Positions 38,701 through 53,700 of a stretch of DNA of 64,000 bases are shown here, one piece after another. Source of the DNA: Podarcis cretensis. Lineage: Eukaryota. A program made the translations under genes and the position numbers. Under the pieces are notes generated by a model. The model saw only the letters and a list, made by a program, of their open reading frames with translations. It ran no database searches and had not been told where the DNA came from. Within the stretch, counting starts at the first letter, position 1. Every line of letters begins with the position of its first letter. The stretch spans positions 60,884,001 to 60,948,000 of the forward strand of contig OX638150.1 in assembly GCA_951804945.1 (NCBI GenBank), given 5' to 3'.

Positions 38701-41700
38701 TTATGTTGTGAAATAATAATAAGAAGAATGACATAGCCTGCACAGAATTACCACAAGCAAGGAAAGAGTGACAACTCCACAGCCACAGTGCCAAGCACAG
38801 CCTGCTGTTGTGCACATGAATCTCCGTATTCAAAAACAACAAGCCCATACCTTGGGGTACCGCACATACATTGCTTGCCAAAGGTCCTGTCTGAAACACT
38901 CCTGTCTAAAACACTGCTGTCATAAGTGTTTGCAATTCTGTTATATGGACCAGTGGCCCTGGCTCAGTATAAAGCAGCTTTCCTATGGGCAGAAGCAATC
39001 AGAGTTGCCTGTAATAGCCTGGGAAGCTGCCTGCTACAGAGGTGGAGTTCTCTATTAGCTATTGAAATGTCATCCCTGTATTTGCCAGCAGGTGGCCCTT
39101 GCAGAAACAGATCTCAGCCAAACCATGCACAATACACTGGTCTACAGGCCACCCTTTAGGGTAGAAATGTAGGAGTGCAATAATAAATTTGCAAAGGCAG
39201 AAATTTACACTTAGCAGGCCCATGTCATGTGCTTTAAGTCACTTTTTCAAAGGCAATTTTTTTTTCTAGTAAGTGACCTCATCTGCTCCCTCTTACTCAC
39301 TTTTAACATGCAGATGTTTTGTTTGACCCAGTTAATGTATAGCCAAAGAACTTGGATAGCATTTTTTGAATGACTTTTCATTAACATTACATAGGATTCT
39401 GAAGTAAAAGGGTTCATGAAGGCCAATAAAACAACAAAAGCAGCTCTTATAATTACCCAACAGCCGATCTAAACTGAACGCAATACTTGCCTGGTTAAAG
39501 ATTAAACAATTTTAAAAACCAAACCTTGAAGAGTGAGCCATTTGTCCCAGACACCAGTTTCTCCTTTGCTTATTATGCTACAAGCAAGTGACTGAAAAGG
39601 TTTCATCTAGATTTGCAAGTAATTTGATTCTAGGGTGGCCATATTTGTACTACTTCCTAGAGGCCTGTCCTATATCTGAAGGGTTGTCAGAGGACAGTCC
39701 TTTATTTGAAGGATGGTCTGGTCCAAGTCTGATTTAAATAAAAGAGAATGGCGAGACCTTGAAGTTGCCCATCAATTGTTGGTGCCTGGATGCAGAGCAG
39801 GAACATTTGTCACCATCTTCCTCGTTTTGAAGAAATACACTGTATTTCTATTTAAATTATAGTAATTATTTCTAAATTTGCATCTGTACATATACATTAG
39901 CATATGAAAATTTAAAATGACTGTGTTCTCCTGTGCCTTCTTTTGCAGTTACTCATTTCATCTATTTCTGGTGCTGCATTAAGTGGCTATCTTATTTAAC
40001 ACCTGCCATTTTCTAATCACTGTGTTTCTAAGCACAACTGCAAATGTCACTGTGAAGGCAGCTAACTGAAAGTAGGTCTAGCGTCTCAGAGAGCAAGAAC
40101 CTGCTTCACTGTAAGGAATTTTAAGCCTATGTGTTGGAAACACTTTATCTGAAGGCTATCAAAAATTTAACAGACAGCCAAAAGATGTTCCTAGTCTCAG
40201 TATTTCTGTCTTGCCCACTGGGCATAGATCCGATTCATATTTTGAAAATCAGTAACATTTCCAAATAATAGAGGGTAGGGGACACATAACATTGCTGGTG
40301 CAGTCCTCCTGTATCTATCATGGACGCTACCAAAGGCAGTATAAAGTCCAGGATGAGCAGGTACATCAAACTATGGCTGTAGTAACATAGAAAATGTCGT
40401 TGCATCTCAGTACAAAACTGGAACCAGCAGCTGATTTTGAAAATGACAAAAATTCTAAGTATTTCTACCCTTTTAAGTAGATTCAATCATCTGCTTCTCT
40501 GCCTCCTCCCTCATTCTTTGCTTATGAGGAAGCAAGCAGGAATTGTCCTCCAGGCATCAATATTTCAAAACAAGAGACAACTTGGAGGTGTGTTTGATCA
40601 CCTGCATAGGCGTTGGCCTGTTGCAACAGTTCAGTGCAAGTATGCACATCTGCAAAGGCGCGAATACCAAGGCAATTCGTGGGATGGAGCTGAGATTGAA
40701 GAAAGTCACAACAGTTTTGTCGAACATCCATTAGCTGTAATAGGCTGGCTGCTGGTAACAAAACCTGAAAGGCAGAGGAAAAAATGGCAGAGAATGAGCA
40801 ACTATACTTCGCCTTCTTGGATAAATATTCTGTTGCAACTTGCTACAGCACAGTTGAGGAAGAGACAACGAAGCCATTTCAGAGTCAGAGGACAGACTAC
40901 ACATGACCAAAAAGAGAGATCTCATGCAGGCAGTCATCCTTTTTGATATCTCCCTTTCCCTTCAAAGAGGATGAAGATGTGGGACAGAATTAATAGTTCT
41001 GATATGTACGTCATAGCAAATCCACCTAAAATTACAGGATTTCTCATAAAGATTAGTATATGGAGTAGGTGGTGTTCTTAAAAAAGAAGCTAGAATGCAC
41101 TGTGCTATTTTTACTTCTGCATTTTTGAAATTATCTCCCACTGAATAAATCATTGCTCATTACCTCATTCTTCACAGCATTTTGATTTTACCACTATGTT
41201 CAGGCCACGTTCCCCATTTGTTGTTTTAATACTGCACTGTAAGTGTGCGCGGCTTCCTTATGGTGTAGAAAGGGCTACATGTTATTGCCCTACATGTTTT
41301 ACAAGCCATGAACATACATTACAAAGCTGATACAGCCTCTAACCTCAGGAGAAATTATATACAGTCATTGTAATGAGCAATAACTTAACATGTACAGTAG
41401 TTGCAGCCCTCTTGAATACAAAGAATGTGGTCCTCAAGGTCAAAGAAGCCAGTCATCATAGAAACTTTACATCTCCACAAAAAAACACACTTCTTTATGA
41501 ACGGCACTGGTACATCTGCACCTGCTGTCCAACTTCACCATGAATCATTTTCCATTACAGGCAGCAAACTGTTAGTATATCCAAAGGGCTCATACTGCTG
41601 AAAGAATCATATCTGTATGTGACATTCTGGTGATGTCAATGATATCTACAGTACTGAATGAAGGCAGATTGAGAAGATGGCCTGGGGCACTTACATTTGT

Positions 41701-44700
41701 TTATCTGCCAGGAAGACTCCTCACCAGCTTTAGCAATGAAAAAGCCGTTTTTTAAAAGGCAAGGCCCTTTTAAAAGCTAAACAGTATTAATGTCACTCTT
41801 TCCCTCACTGCTAAATATGCATTTACTCTGTTGGAATCAAGCAAACTCATAAGCAGGTCTCCAAGGAATGATCTAGAAAAGCATGACAAATATCGTTAAA
41901 GACTTACCTTGCCATTACACTGTGTTGGCAAGAAGAAAACTGTGTTCATCCACTGCCTCAACTCACTTCATCCCAAAAGAACAGTAGTAAAACTGCAACG
42001 TGCCCTGAGGTGCATTCACTGTACTATTCCAGCAAGAAAAATCCAACCCAGCTGGATCACACAGGAATATTACAAATCAGTAACTTTTTCAGAGAATGCT
42101 AACCCCCAACAGGCAACAATAAAACACAGAAATTAATTAAGCTATGGGCTCTGGCTCCCAAACACTTTTGATTCCTAGCACAGATTAACTTAAATTAGCA
42201 AAAGGAAACTAATAACAACTGTTTCTTTTTTCCAGCAATTTCCTAGAACTGCTTCGGTGTATTGGAATTCCACTAATATGATACAAGTTTCAGTGTAGTT
42301 TTTGAACAACAGTTCCAAGTAAAGGGCAAATTCACATCTATGCTAATTATCTGTGAACCACATGGCCCCGTTTCTTGCTACAAAGATGGCCTAGATTGCC
42401 TACCAGGGCAGTAGTTCAGGCTCATACTTACCCTCCTTTTCTTGTGCATTCCAATTCCCTTCCTCACTTCCCAGTTTGTGAGAACTATGTCTCAAACCAG
42501 GTCTTTCCTGATCCACAACACTGGACCCTGTTATTACTGAACACCTGTTTTTATCTGTTTTTATCATGCTGTGTTATTGTTTTTATATTGCAGGCCACAT
42601 TGAGACCTTTAAACACTAAGCGGCCTGCATTGCAGGGGGTTGGGACAGTTAGAATTGTATAGCCGGAAGCAACCCTATGATTTAAAGGGCTTTCAAACAA
42701 GCATATAACAACTATAATGTTCCATGGCATACAAATCAGATAAACTATGGTTAACTACAAACCACAGTTTGCATCCAAACAAGAACTGGAAACCACAGAT
42801 CAGACTGGGATTCTGGTTTGTATTAAAACTATGGCATACTATGATAATCATAGTTTGCCTTATATTCTGATAAAATGGCAAACTAGTTACTGAGAACCAA
42901 ACAAAGAGAAGGAACGTGCGAGCGCACAAGGAATGGTGCCAACATCCTTGGTTGTGATGTCTGAACAAGACCATTGCCCCTCGGCTTTGCCATTCCTCCC
43001 CCTGCCCCGACCCCATATAAGAACAATAATAATTAACTTTTAAAATTCCACAGATTGCTTATATACTGAATGTGAAATTCTTCAAACGTTCTAAATTGTT
43101 ACATAAATGTCTGGAGCCAAATGACTGCTGCTCTACAGCACTTGATACAATTATTCAGCTGTGACAGAAATTAAACTGGGTTGGGAATACTTGTATTAAA
43201 TAGCAGAGCAGGGACCCCCTGGGACAAAGTGGCACTGGCCTGCAATGTTTCCACTAAAAATACTCAAAGACAGGCAGCAGCATTATCCAATGGTGCAAAT
43301 ATCTAAGTACATTATTTGTGAATCCACATGATCTTTCAGCAGCAGGCCTGTCCATTAAAACAGAGTTCAGGACCTTCAGCAATTATATCAGTAAAGCATT
43401 CAGCCATATCACTTTTCAAGGGCCAAATCCAAATTATCTAAACACAGAAGACTGCCATTGATTTAAGTTAAAGTGCTTTGACCCTGGGTGCTTAACTTGT
43501 ACCTAAGTAATTGTCATGATCTACATGATCTTCTTATAACCCACCAAGGAACTTGAGAAACTGCCTTACCCCAAGTCAGACCATTGGTCCATGTAGCTCA
43601 GTAATGTCTACACTGACCAGCAGTGGATGGATCTCCAAGGTTTCACGCAGGGGTCTCTCCCAGCTCTCCCTGAGATGCCATGGATTGCATCTGGAATCTT
43701 CTGCATGCAAAGCACATGCTCTCTTACTAAGCTTTGGTTAACATGTTCCAAAAACTCAAAGGGCTCTGAGGGATAAGTGAAGATAGGGCAGCCAACATGG
43801 TGCTTCCCAGATGCTTCAACTACAACTCCTACCACCCCAACTACTGGCTAAGCTGGCTGCTGGGAATTGTAGACCACAGCATCTGTAGGGCACCAAGTTG
43901 GCTACCCCAATGTAAAATCTTCTGATAAAGGTACCCCTGACCATTAGGTCCAGTCGCCGACTACTCTGGGGTTGTGGCGCTCATCTCGCTCTATAGGCCG
44001 AGGGAGCCGGCATTTGTCTGCAGACAGCTTCCGGGTCATGTGGCCAGCATGACCAAGCACTTTTGGCAAACCAGAGCAGCGCACGGAAATGCCGTTTACC
44101 GCCGGAGCGGTACCTATTTATCTACTTGCACTTGACGTGCTTTCGAACTGCTAGGTGGGCAGGAGCTGGGACCAAACAACGGGAGCTCACCCTGTCGCAG
44201 GGATTCGAACCGCCGACCTTCCAATCGGCAAGCCCTAGGCTCAGGGGTTTAGACCACAGCGCCACCCACATCCCAAACCATGAATATAAACTCTTAAATT
44301 CTCTCTCACTCTACAATTGCAGTAGTGTAACATTACTGATTCCTGATTTTACACCAATGCTGTACAAAATCTTTTAAATGCACAATATTTTTGCCCCCAG
44401 AATACTAAATCTAAGCAGAGACAGCTGGAGAATGGAGAAAAAATTATTACCAGTGTAATCACAGTATTTCCCACATATTATAGACTTACTCCTAAATGTG
44501 TGTAGAAAGCTACCTTAAACATCAAATTTGCCATTCAGTTACAATGTGACTACCCAGAAGATGCCCTCTTTAGGGAAGACGTGTAGAACATAATTTAATT
44601 TTATGAAGAAACATTGCAGAATTCTATTGCTGAACATAATGAATGGTTGTAATGATGGTGATATGACCTGATTTCCAGGCACATCCTGAAAAGATCTCTA

Positions 44701-47700
44701 ACTTCAATTCCTAGGTAATCTTTTATTATTGGAGTCATTTTAATCTCACCTTTAAAAATGAAAAATTATGAAGGCAACTTACATAAGTAAAACACTAAAG
44801 CAAGTTCATCATAAAAACTATGTACAAAAAAAGGCAGAAAATCACTCATGGTAAGCCTTGGAAAATAATTTTTTTAAATTCAATTTATCGATCTCCCCAG
44901 GAAGGGAGCCACCACTAAAAAGGCACCTTTAAGCTCTCCTCACCTGAACATTTTCTTCTGTGACCTCTATCTCAGCGGTGTAGATGTAATCAATCAGCTT
45001 ACTTAAGGTTAGTCCATCAACATCTTTGATCTCAATCTTCTTTGCTTTGCTTTCAGTCATATCTCCTGAAATTCAATTTTAAAAATAAATCCCCCCAAAA
45101 AATGTGGTTTGTGTTTCTATTTCCCCCAACCCACCCCCTTAGGTTCAACTGAGCACGTGAAGAAATTTCTACCTATCCGTCTTAACAAAAACAAAAATAA
45201 TTTTAGCACATTCTAAACAGTGATCCCATTTCTAGATGTCTAAGAAACACTACCAAGTTTATGATTCCCACTTTCAAAATTACTTTTAAAAATCTGTTTG
45301 GCAAGTTAAGGCATCTCTGCTGCACAGCTTTGAGAACAGATAGCTACAGTTCATACAATTGAAAAGCCAATATTCTTTTCTTTTTTTAACAATGTTTTAA
45401 AGCAGCTGGCCCTGTTTGATACTCTTCCATGAAGACAGAAATATTCTTTGTTCCCTTTTCTACATTCTTAAAAGGAACAGAAGCCAACAGGCTACTATCG
45501 TTATACTCACTCAATAGGATTGCTCTTCCTTTGAAGAAAACCTGTCTACAAAAGAAAGGAATTGGTAACTTGCATGTATCTTAAGATTCCATGCATTTAT
45601 TTTGCAGCAGTACGTTCCATTGGAAAGTACGTCCATGTCTGTATTCCGTGACATAGCCTTCAAATGGGAGGTCTGTATAAGGGACAGGCCAGAATATCTG
45701 GGGTCCACTGCAAGTTGTACCAAATGTATGTACTTTTGAATGGCTTTTCTCTTTGTCATGTGTGCGAAACAATAGAGGTTATTATGATGGAAGTTGCAAA
45801 TTCAATTAATAGCTTTCTATTACAAGTTCTACTAGCATGATATTGTCAAGCTTCACAGTTCTACTCCTGTCTTAACCAAGTGGTAAAGATTCCCTACATT
45901 TGCCAACATGGTTGGATGGCCACCTGCACTAGTGATCCAGGGCAATTGACATTTGAGGAGGGAAGGCACTCCTCCAACCTGCAGTGTTCTATGGCTGGAG
46001 TCATCTTCTGAGGTAGTGATGGGGAACCTGTGGCCCTCCAGATGTTGTTGCACTACAATTTCCATCACTCACCACTGGCCATGCTGCCTGGGTATGATGG
46101 GAGTTGAAGTCCAACAAGCTCTGGAGGTCCAAAGGTTTGCCATGTCTGTTTTAAGAAATACCATCCCCTGCTTTTTCATGTTGCAAAATACCAAGTGTTA
46201 TTTATTTTTTTGAAAGATTGAAATACCGATATCTCTTGTGGAGAAGGCACACATAGAAAGACCTCACATGATTATCACAGGGTCTGGATTGATTTATGTG
46301 GGGTTTGGCGGTCCTTGAAGTATGACGGTCATGAGCCATTTGAGGCTTTATAGGTCAAAACTATCACTTTGAATTGGGCCCAGAAACTAACTTGCAGCCA
46401 GTGTAGTCCAGCCAGGATCGGTGTAATATGCAAGCCAACTCAATGTATACAGTGTGATTGCTTAGTTGTGAAATATATACAGTCCTAGATGTAGGTAGCT
46501 GTTTGGGGCTGTAACAGAGGAGCTGCAATTGGTCCTCTTACTAAGAGGAAAAATTTGCAATCTCTTATCATTTGCATAAGCTGCCACCCCATCCATGGAG
46601 GGAGCAGCTTGAGGGTGGGCGTTTGAGCTCATACAGCATTTATTTTTCCTGGCTCTTCTTTATAAGTGCTCTAGAAAGAGAGAGTGCTGATGTCAGGCAA
46701 GGCTCTTTTGAGCTATTTGTGTATTTGATGTATTCGTACAATAGCTGAGTAACTCTAACTTTAGATCAGTTGTGCTTGAAAGCTTGAGACTAGGTTTTAT
46801 TAAATTGTTGTATAATTTCTCCTCTTTTCTGTCATTTTATGCAGCTGAAGGTCAGCAACTAAATCAGCACTGAACTGGCCTGTGGGCCAAACACTGAACT
46901 GAGGGGGTCACAGTTTTCCTCGATCTCATTCACTGATGAGATCGAGGGCCCTGCCCTGTAGAACTGCCTACCAGTAGAGATTCAGCAGGAACCATTCCTC
47001 CTTGCCTTTAGATGTCTTTCGTTTAGACAGGCCTCTACAACATGAATTTCTTTTATTTTAACCAATTAGAATTTATTTATGCCTTTTCACTGACATTTCT
47101 GTTGATTTTGTTTTTATATGCAGTATTCCCTTTTGCTATTTTTGTTATGGAAGTATAGATTATGAATTCATAAATAAATGAACCAAAATAAAGCTGTCTC
47201 ATACATGGTCTGAAAATTTGCCCATCTGGCCCACTGCAGTCTTCTCTGACTAGCAGTGGCTCTTCAGGGTCTCAGGCAAGGAGGAAGGCCTTTTCCTCCA
47301 CCTGTTTAATTTAACTAGAGATCCCAGGGATGGAACATTCTGGCTACAAAGTACATGCGTTACTAGAATTTTTCCTCTGTTCCTGCCATCTTAGGCCAAG
47401 AAGGACTGTGAAGAGGCTGTGTTACAAGTTCATACTCCGTAGTGAGTATTAAAAGGGAGAAGGGATGAAATAGGGGCAATCACATGTGTCACTGCTTGGC
47501 AACCACATAAGCATCTTTTAACTTAGTTTATTGTTAATCAAGAAGCAGAAAGGGATAATGGCATGGTAGCATGGCAACCACATGACTTTCACCTCCCCTG
47601 TCCTGCTGTTTTGAATTAAGATTAGTACAGAAGTGATTGCCACTGGTGAACCTTAATTTAAAGTGACCCAGTGATGATTAGGATTAGGTCCCAACCTCTT

Positions 47701-50700
47701 CCATCTTCACTCTGGGGCCAGAAGGCGTCCTTAAAGAGCCAGATCCACCAACTGCTCACTAATTTAGGTCCTTACCTACATTTCACCTTTGCAGGAGTCA
47801 ACCTGAACAAGTAGTATCAGCACAGCTATTAAAATGCACTTTAAACTAGCACCTGCTACTTTTAAGGGCCAATTCTCACAAGACAAGCATCTTACATGGA
47901 AGTGTTCTGATTTTTTAAAAAAACAAAACCCTATATGGACCCCACATGTTGCATGTCACATGAGATGAGTACACAGATGTCTGTCTATTTTGCCACTCGC
48001 CACTTAAACAAGGAGGGAAGTAACTATGGTTTGCAACTGCAATAGCTATTGTGAAAGAAGAAAATCCACACCTTACCTCAAAAGCAAGCTATCAGGTGTA
48101 AAATATATTAATGGTGCTATATACTTCCACAATTAAATTAATTACCAAACCATTTTCTGTAAAACAGTCATTCAGAAATCTGTGTTATTCCCCATGCAGT
48201 GTCTTTTGTTCTCTTATAGCAAAATTCCTAAGGACTAGTTCACATGTTAAAGCTGCTACATACAGAGAGTGAGACAAAGCAAAGAAAGGGAGGCAAAGTA
48301 AATGTGGTGGTGTTTTTGCAGGAATCAGTGGCAGCACACAGGCTGAATCCCCACAAAATATCCCTCAAATCTCAGCCTCAGGCTCACCTACAAGCTTGAG
48401 CCCGGGCCCATGGCAGCCTTAACATGAAAATGGTCTCCATTATGGAGCTTACTCCGATCTTTGACATGCCTTACCAGTACAATCAAGTCTGGGATGAATG
48501 CTCCTAATGCAGGATACGTTATCTGGAAACGCACACAAATGGCTGTTCACATAGTAAATTATAAACCTCATGTTTCCTTCCCCCCACCCCACATACAGAA
48601 CACCTTTAAAAACAGTCACAGGTCTATACTCAAACTCTAATGGATACCAAATAGAACTAATCTGCATCTTAGAATCTGCACCCTACACTAGCACCCAACA
48701 CATAGCTTGACTCCAAATATATTTTAATCAGCAAATAACAGTTATTTGCTCAAACGCCCAAAGATACCTGTAAACATTGCACAGAAATATGGACTGCAGG
48801 CTGCCAGGACAATACGATGGGCTTCGATCTCAACATCTTCAGCAACAATCACCACATCACAGAGAAGCCGCTTGCTGTGAAGACACCAAAAAATCATGGC
48901 TTCAGAATGTGATTCCAAACTGCACTTTCTATATGCAGACTTGAAATGGTCTAGTTTCCTTGAATGACTCTTCTGCTATACAGCACTATTAAGGGGGATG
49001 GGGAGGTGCTTGCTGTAGCCTCTATAGGCAGCCCTCTGGAATATTCAGTTCATTTTTAATTAACAAACATGACAATTTAGCTAGATTTCAAGGTTATAGT
49101 CTCGCAAATCTTATTTCAATATGTGGGTGAATTCAAGATCCAAGTGTTCAAACATACAAAGAACTGTTAAAAAAAACCTCATCCATTTTGATGAATACTG
49201 AGCTGAATATATTTATATATACAGCTTATGCAAAAGGTTTTTTTCCTCTGTAATTATGTGTAGGTGTCTTAAGACCAGTAATCCATTATTGGATGTCAAG
49301 TAATTTCTAAATAAATGGGAATAGCACGAAGAAACATCTTTGGAGGGGCTTTGTCTTTTATTCAAAGCAGTTGGTAACACAGCAGTAGCCTCATCAGTCT
49401 TGCATTGAGTCTCCTCCCTCTTCAAGCCCTTCCAAAAAAAATTTCCCCCAAAGAGAACATACACTTACCTCAAACCTCCTGCATTGTCCTCAAAACAGAG
49501 GCTAGACCACACACGAATGGTAGAGAACCAGCACCCCCCCACACCAGATGATTCCCAACACTGCCATGCCTGCTACCAATAGGCCTGCTAGGAGGAAGAG
49601 ACCATTTGTGATGGCTGCCAAGAAGCAGATGTTGGCAACTTATTTCCCTCCCAGCCTTTCTAGTTTGTACATGTTCCCTGTACAAGGAGTTTGCAAAGGG
49701 ACTTAGTGGGCAGCAGCAGCAAAGGCCACTGTAGCTCAAATTGTGCATTATCTACTTGGGGATGCCACACACAAAAAGGACTTGCCACTGGGATATCCCA
49801 GGTGGAGAGGCAGCAGATACAGAGAATGAATAGTAAGAGCAGGCAACACAATAGAAAGGGGTAAGGAAACTCTCCTCCCTCCCATGCCCCATACACTCCC
49901 CCCCCCCCCATCCCCTAAAATAGCATCCTAGCCACATAGCGCACACTAGCCTCCAGCCACTAGGGTTCTTGCAGCACATAAGTCTAGCACACTACACAAC
50001 AGCAAGGGAATGGAAGGGACTCCACAGGTTAAGCTAAGAAGGAGGCCTCTTGCTGGCTTTCCACTACCAAGGTCACCATGTCTGGACAAGGGCCACCTGT
50101 TCTCAGTCCATCCTCTGTGACAGTGAAGGCTCAAAGCACAGCTGCTATCACTGACACTAGCCAGTCCAGGAACTCCAAGCTAAATGGGAAGGTGGAAGCA
50201 CCTGTTATTGACATAATACCTACCCACTATATACTTTACAGTGTGGGGAGGAGAGGAATGCAAGGGACTCTGCCTGAAATCGATGCATTTGTGGCCACTT
50301 GACCTCCTACAGAAATGGCCACTGGCTGACCCAGCAGAGATACGTATGGAGTAAAGTGCAGCTCACCCCCCCACTCCCCCGCTCGCCTGTCCCCAGTCAT
50401 CATTAAGTTCTCACTGGTCCAGACTTGCCATGTGCGTAATATTGCCATGGAAATCAGCCTTTGCTAAAAACAACAGATTTAAGGCATTCAGGCAAATGCC
50501 ACAATTTAGTTCTACTACAGCTCAGCAGCAGCAGGGAGCCAAAAGCATAAATCGGTAATAAGCACACAAGGAAAGAGACAACAGAGGCTTAAGGGCAGCT
50601 GTAGTCTTACATGTTCAAAAGGGCATCATGCACAAGAGAAGCCATTAGTTTCCACAAAGAGCAGCACTGTCATACGCTCCCCCATTATCCCCCACTGCAC

Positions 50701-53700
50701 TCAAGTTACAAAAGGAATAAGCTAATATTATATCACTCCAAGTACATGTTCCACATAACTTAGGCAGCCAAGTGCTCAGGCACATAAGCAACTTTACTTC
50801 AGTCCCCTCCTGTTCTGTGACAGCAGACTAGAAGTAGAAGCTATCAGCCCCAAGATAACGGGGGGGGGGGGGGGGTAGGACTCTTCACATAATGCTGATG
50901 CCTCTTTTGACATTACAGACATGATGCCGGGAGCTGCTGTTCCATGTGTTCATCTGATAGCATTGCCATAACGCTTAAGAGCACATCACCATTTGGATCA
51001 TTATCAAGGAATTTTTGCCCAGCAATTTGGTGGCAAGCCTTTATGCATTATAGCATCTGCAGCAATTCCACAGCCACCTCTGAAGAGTGCTATAGTCCTG
51101 TCAGGGTCAGAGTGTGTTGCAATTCAAGAACAGTCGAACCACTGAAGTCAAACGGAATCCGTTCTGGAAGTCCATTCAACTTCCAAAATGTCCAGAAACC
51201 AAGGCGCAGTTTCCAATTGGCTGCAGGAAGGCAGCCAAAATGGCTGCCTTGAATTTATGTTTCCTAGGGGATCTGCATATAGTATACACCATATCATAGG
51301 CAATACAATAAGATTTTGCTGCAGATGTTGATATGCACAAATCTGTTATGAGCCAATCAAAGTCAAGCACTTTTATGTATGAGAAACTAAATCTCATCGG
51401 ATAGCAGGGAATAAATATCTGACCCACAAATAACTCTTTAATCTACCCTGGGCACAACAGAGACATTTTGGATTCATTTACTGCATCTCTAAATAATGTA
51501 TGGCAGGCAGATATGTAATCAGATTAAGCTCAAAAAAAGATGACAAACTCAGACACACAGACCCCTATCTTAATTACATACATTATTGTTTACCCTAGAG
51601 CCAATTTTTAAAGACAAATGTGAGGCCAATGATGGACCGAACAAGGAATTGTGGTATTTAAAACAAAATAGACTTAACAGTAGAATAACATAGGAACCTA
51701 AACAGGCTCTTTTAGCCAACATGAAATTTCTAACTGGTGTGCAAAAGGATTGGTAGTCAAACAGAAATCAATTTGCACTAACCATTTTTCTCTGTAATTA
51801 GGCGTAGGTGTTGTAATACGTGTAACACTAGATTATCACTTTTTAAATAGCTCTGATCATCTGGAGAACTTGATTATGTGGTGATTTGCACCAAATGAAA
51901 AAGCACACCAAGCATTCTTTTTATTTAAAGAGAGATTCTTTTACTGTGGGAACATTTGAAAATGTTTAAGTGGGTTTATAAAAAAATATTTTGTTTTTAG
52001 CAAAGCAGCAACAAGCATGTTTGTGTAAAGGGAAGCAGCAGCAAAGGCCTCCAAACATGTAGTACTATGCTTGCTTCTTTCTACTGAATAACCTGTCAGC
52101 TATCTTGATTTGTACTGAAAATAGAATAATTCCAAGCCATTTCAAATATCATACTTATAATATGCTTGATATCCTCCTGTGGCTGACTTCAATATCACAA
52201 CACTCACACCAATAACGTCACAGCAGTAACACTGGAGGCAGCAATGCTTCTGAATACCAGTTGCTAGAAACCACAGGAGAGGAGAATGTTCTTGTGTTCA
52301 AATCCTGCTTGACGGTTTCCCCCACAAGGATCTGATTGGTCACTGTGAGAACAGGATGCTGAACTATAGATAGGCCAATGGCCTGATCCAGCAGGCTCTT
52401 CATGTTCCTATGAAGTTTTGCATCAAGCAACTGATCTGAATAACCTAAGAACTTTCCACACTAGCATAAAAGCACCATCCTTGTGTGAGAACTACCTGTG
52501 TGATCTGGGAGACCAACATGACACAGAACTTTGTATTTTGAGACACAACCCTGCTTCAAAGCAATACTCGAACGGAACCTCTTTTTTATAAAGTAAATAT
52601 GTAGCTTAGATGCCTCCTGTTCAAACTAACAAGCGGCAAGTGCATGACAATGCAAACTGAGCACAAGAAGTACCTCCTTAGTTCATTCATGACTTTGAAT
52701 GCCTTTCCCATGTGACAAGGATTGATGGTCACTGTTCGCTGGTCCTTATCTTCATCTTCCTCAAGTGGTTGGGGGGATCTCTTGATGCTAAAGACAAGGG
52801 GAGAAAGGAAGTTGATTTTTTTTTTAATTCTCAAGAAATAATGGAAAATATGACCCAATAACAATTCATGCAAAACTACTGGCATGCTCACTAATTGTGG
52901 TATCACAGTTTCATGGTTTTATCTGGCATTGGCAGCTGTCTCCACTATGTTCTGAAGTGTAACTAGAGCACCCTTTTAAGATCTCAGCTATGCTGTACAT
53001 GCTTTCTACACAACTATGTGAAATATGTGCTAGAGAGGCATGCATAAGTTTTTTTCCTGAACTGATACAAATATTTGTGGATCCTAGACTTGGGCATTTC
53101 ACATTTCAAGTAAGACATATGCATATCTACCCACTTCTGAAAAAATTAAGAAAGGCAAACGGAAATTGATCATTTGGGTTTCAAAACAGTCAGATTACAG
53201 TGGTTTTATCATTGATCTCTTATCTACTGAACACACACCAAAAAAAAAAACACCTCAGCCCAATACTTTTTATTAAACCTAGAATAGGCAAGTGTATAAA
53301 CTATTCTGCACATTATCAAGACGCAGGAATAGTGTGAGTCACACATCCTTTTTCCATGCATCCAAGCACTGTGCAAAGGGGAACTTGCACATTTTCTCTG
53401 CAGGAGTCACTTATACATCCTCTATAGTTAACATGCAAAACAACCCAATTAATCCTTCTGCCCAAGACTGAAGGTCAGTTCATATTACCTTAAAAGGAAT
53501 GAATGTAGGTGTACAGAATGAGTCTTTTTCACTACATGTCCAGTTCCTAATGTTTCAATAGATGTACATCTATTATGTGGGCACAAACAACTGTCAATGC
53601 ACAATGGAAATCAGTACTTAGTTAAGCAGTAAAACAAAATGCACAGCCACCTCACTATATGCCATAAAAACTAGTCCATGTGTCCTTTCTGTGTAATTTC

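Noticed and set aside
40437-40946. 169-aa plus-strand ORF
   Set aside because: Antisense shadow of KLHL3 exon 5; non-ATG start; no recognisable domain
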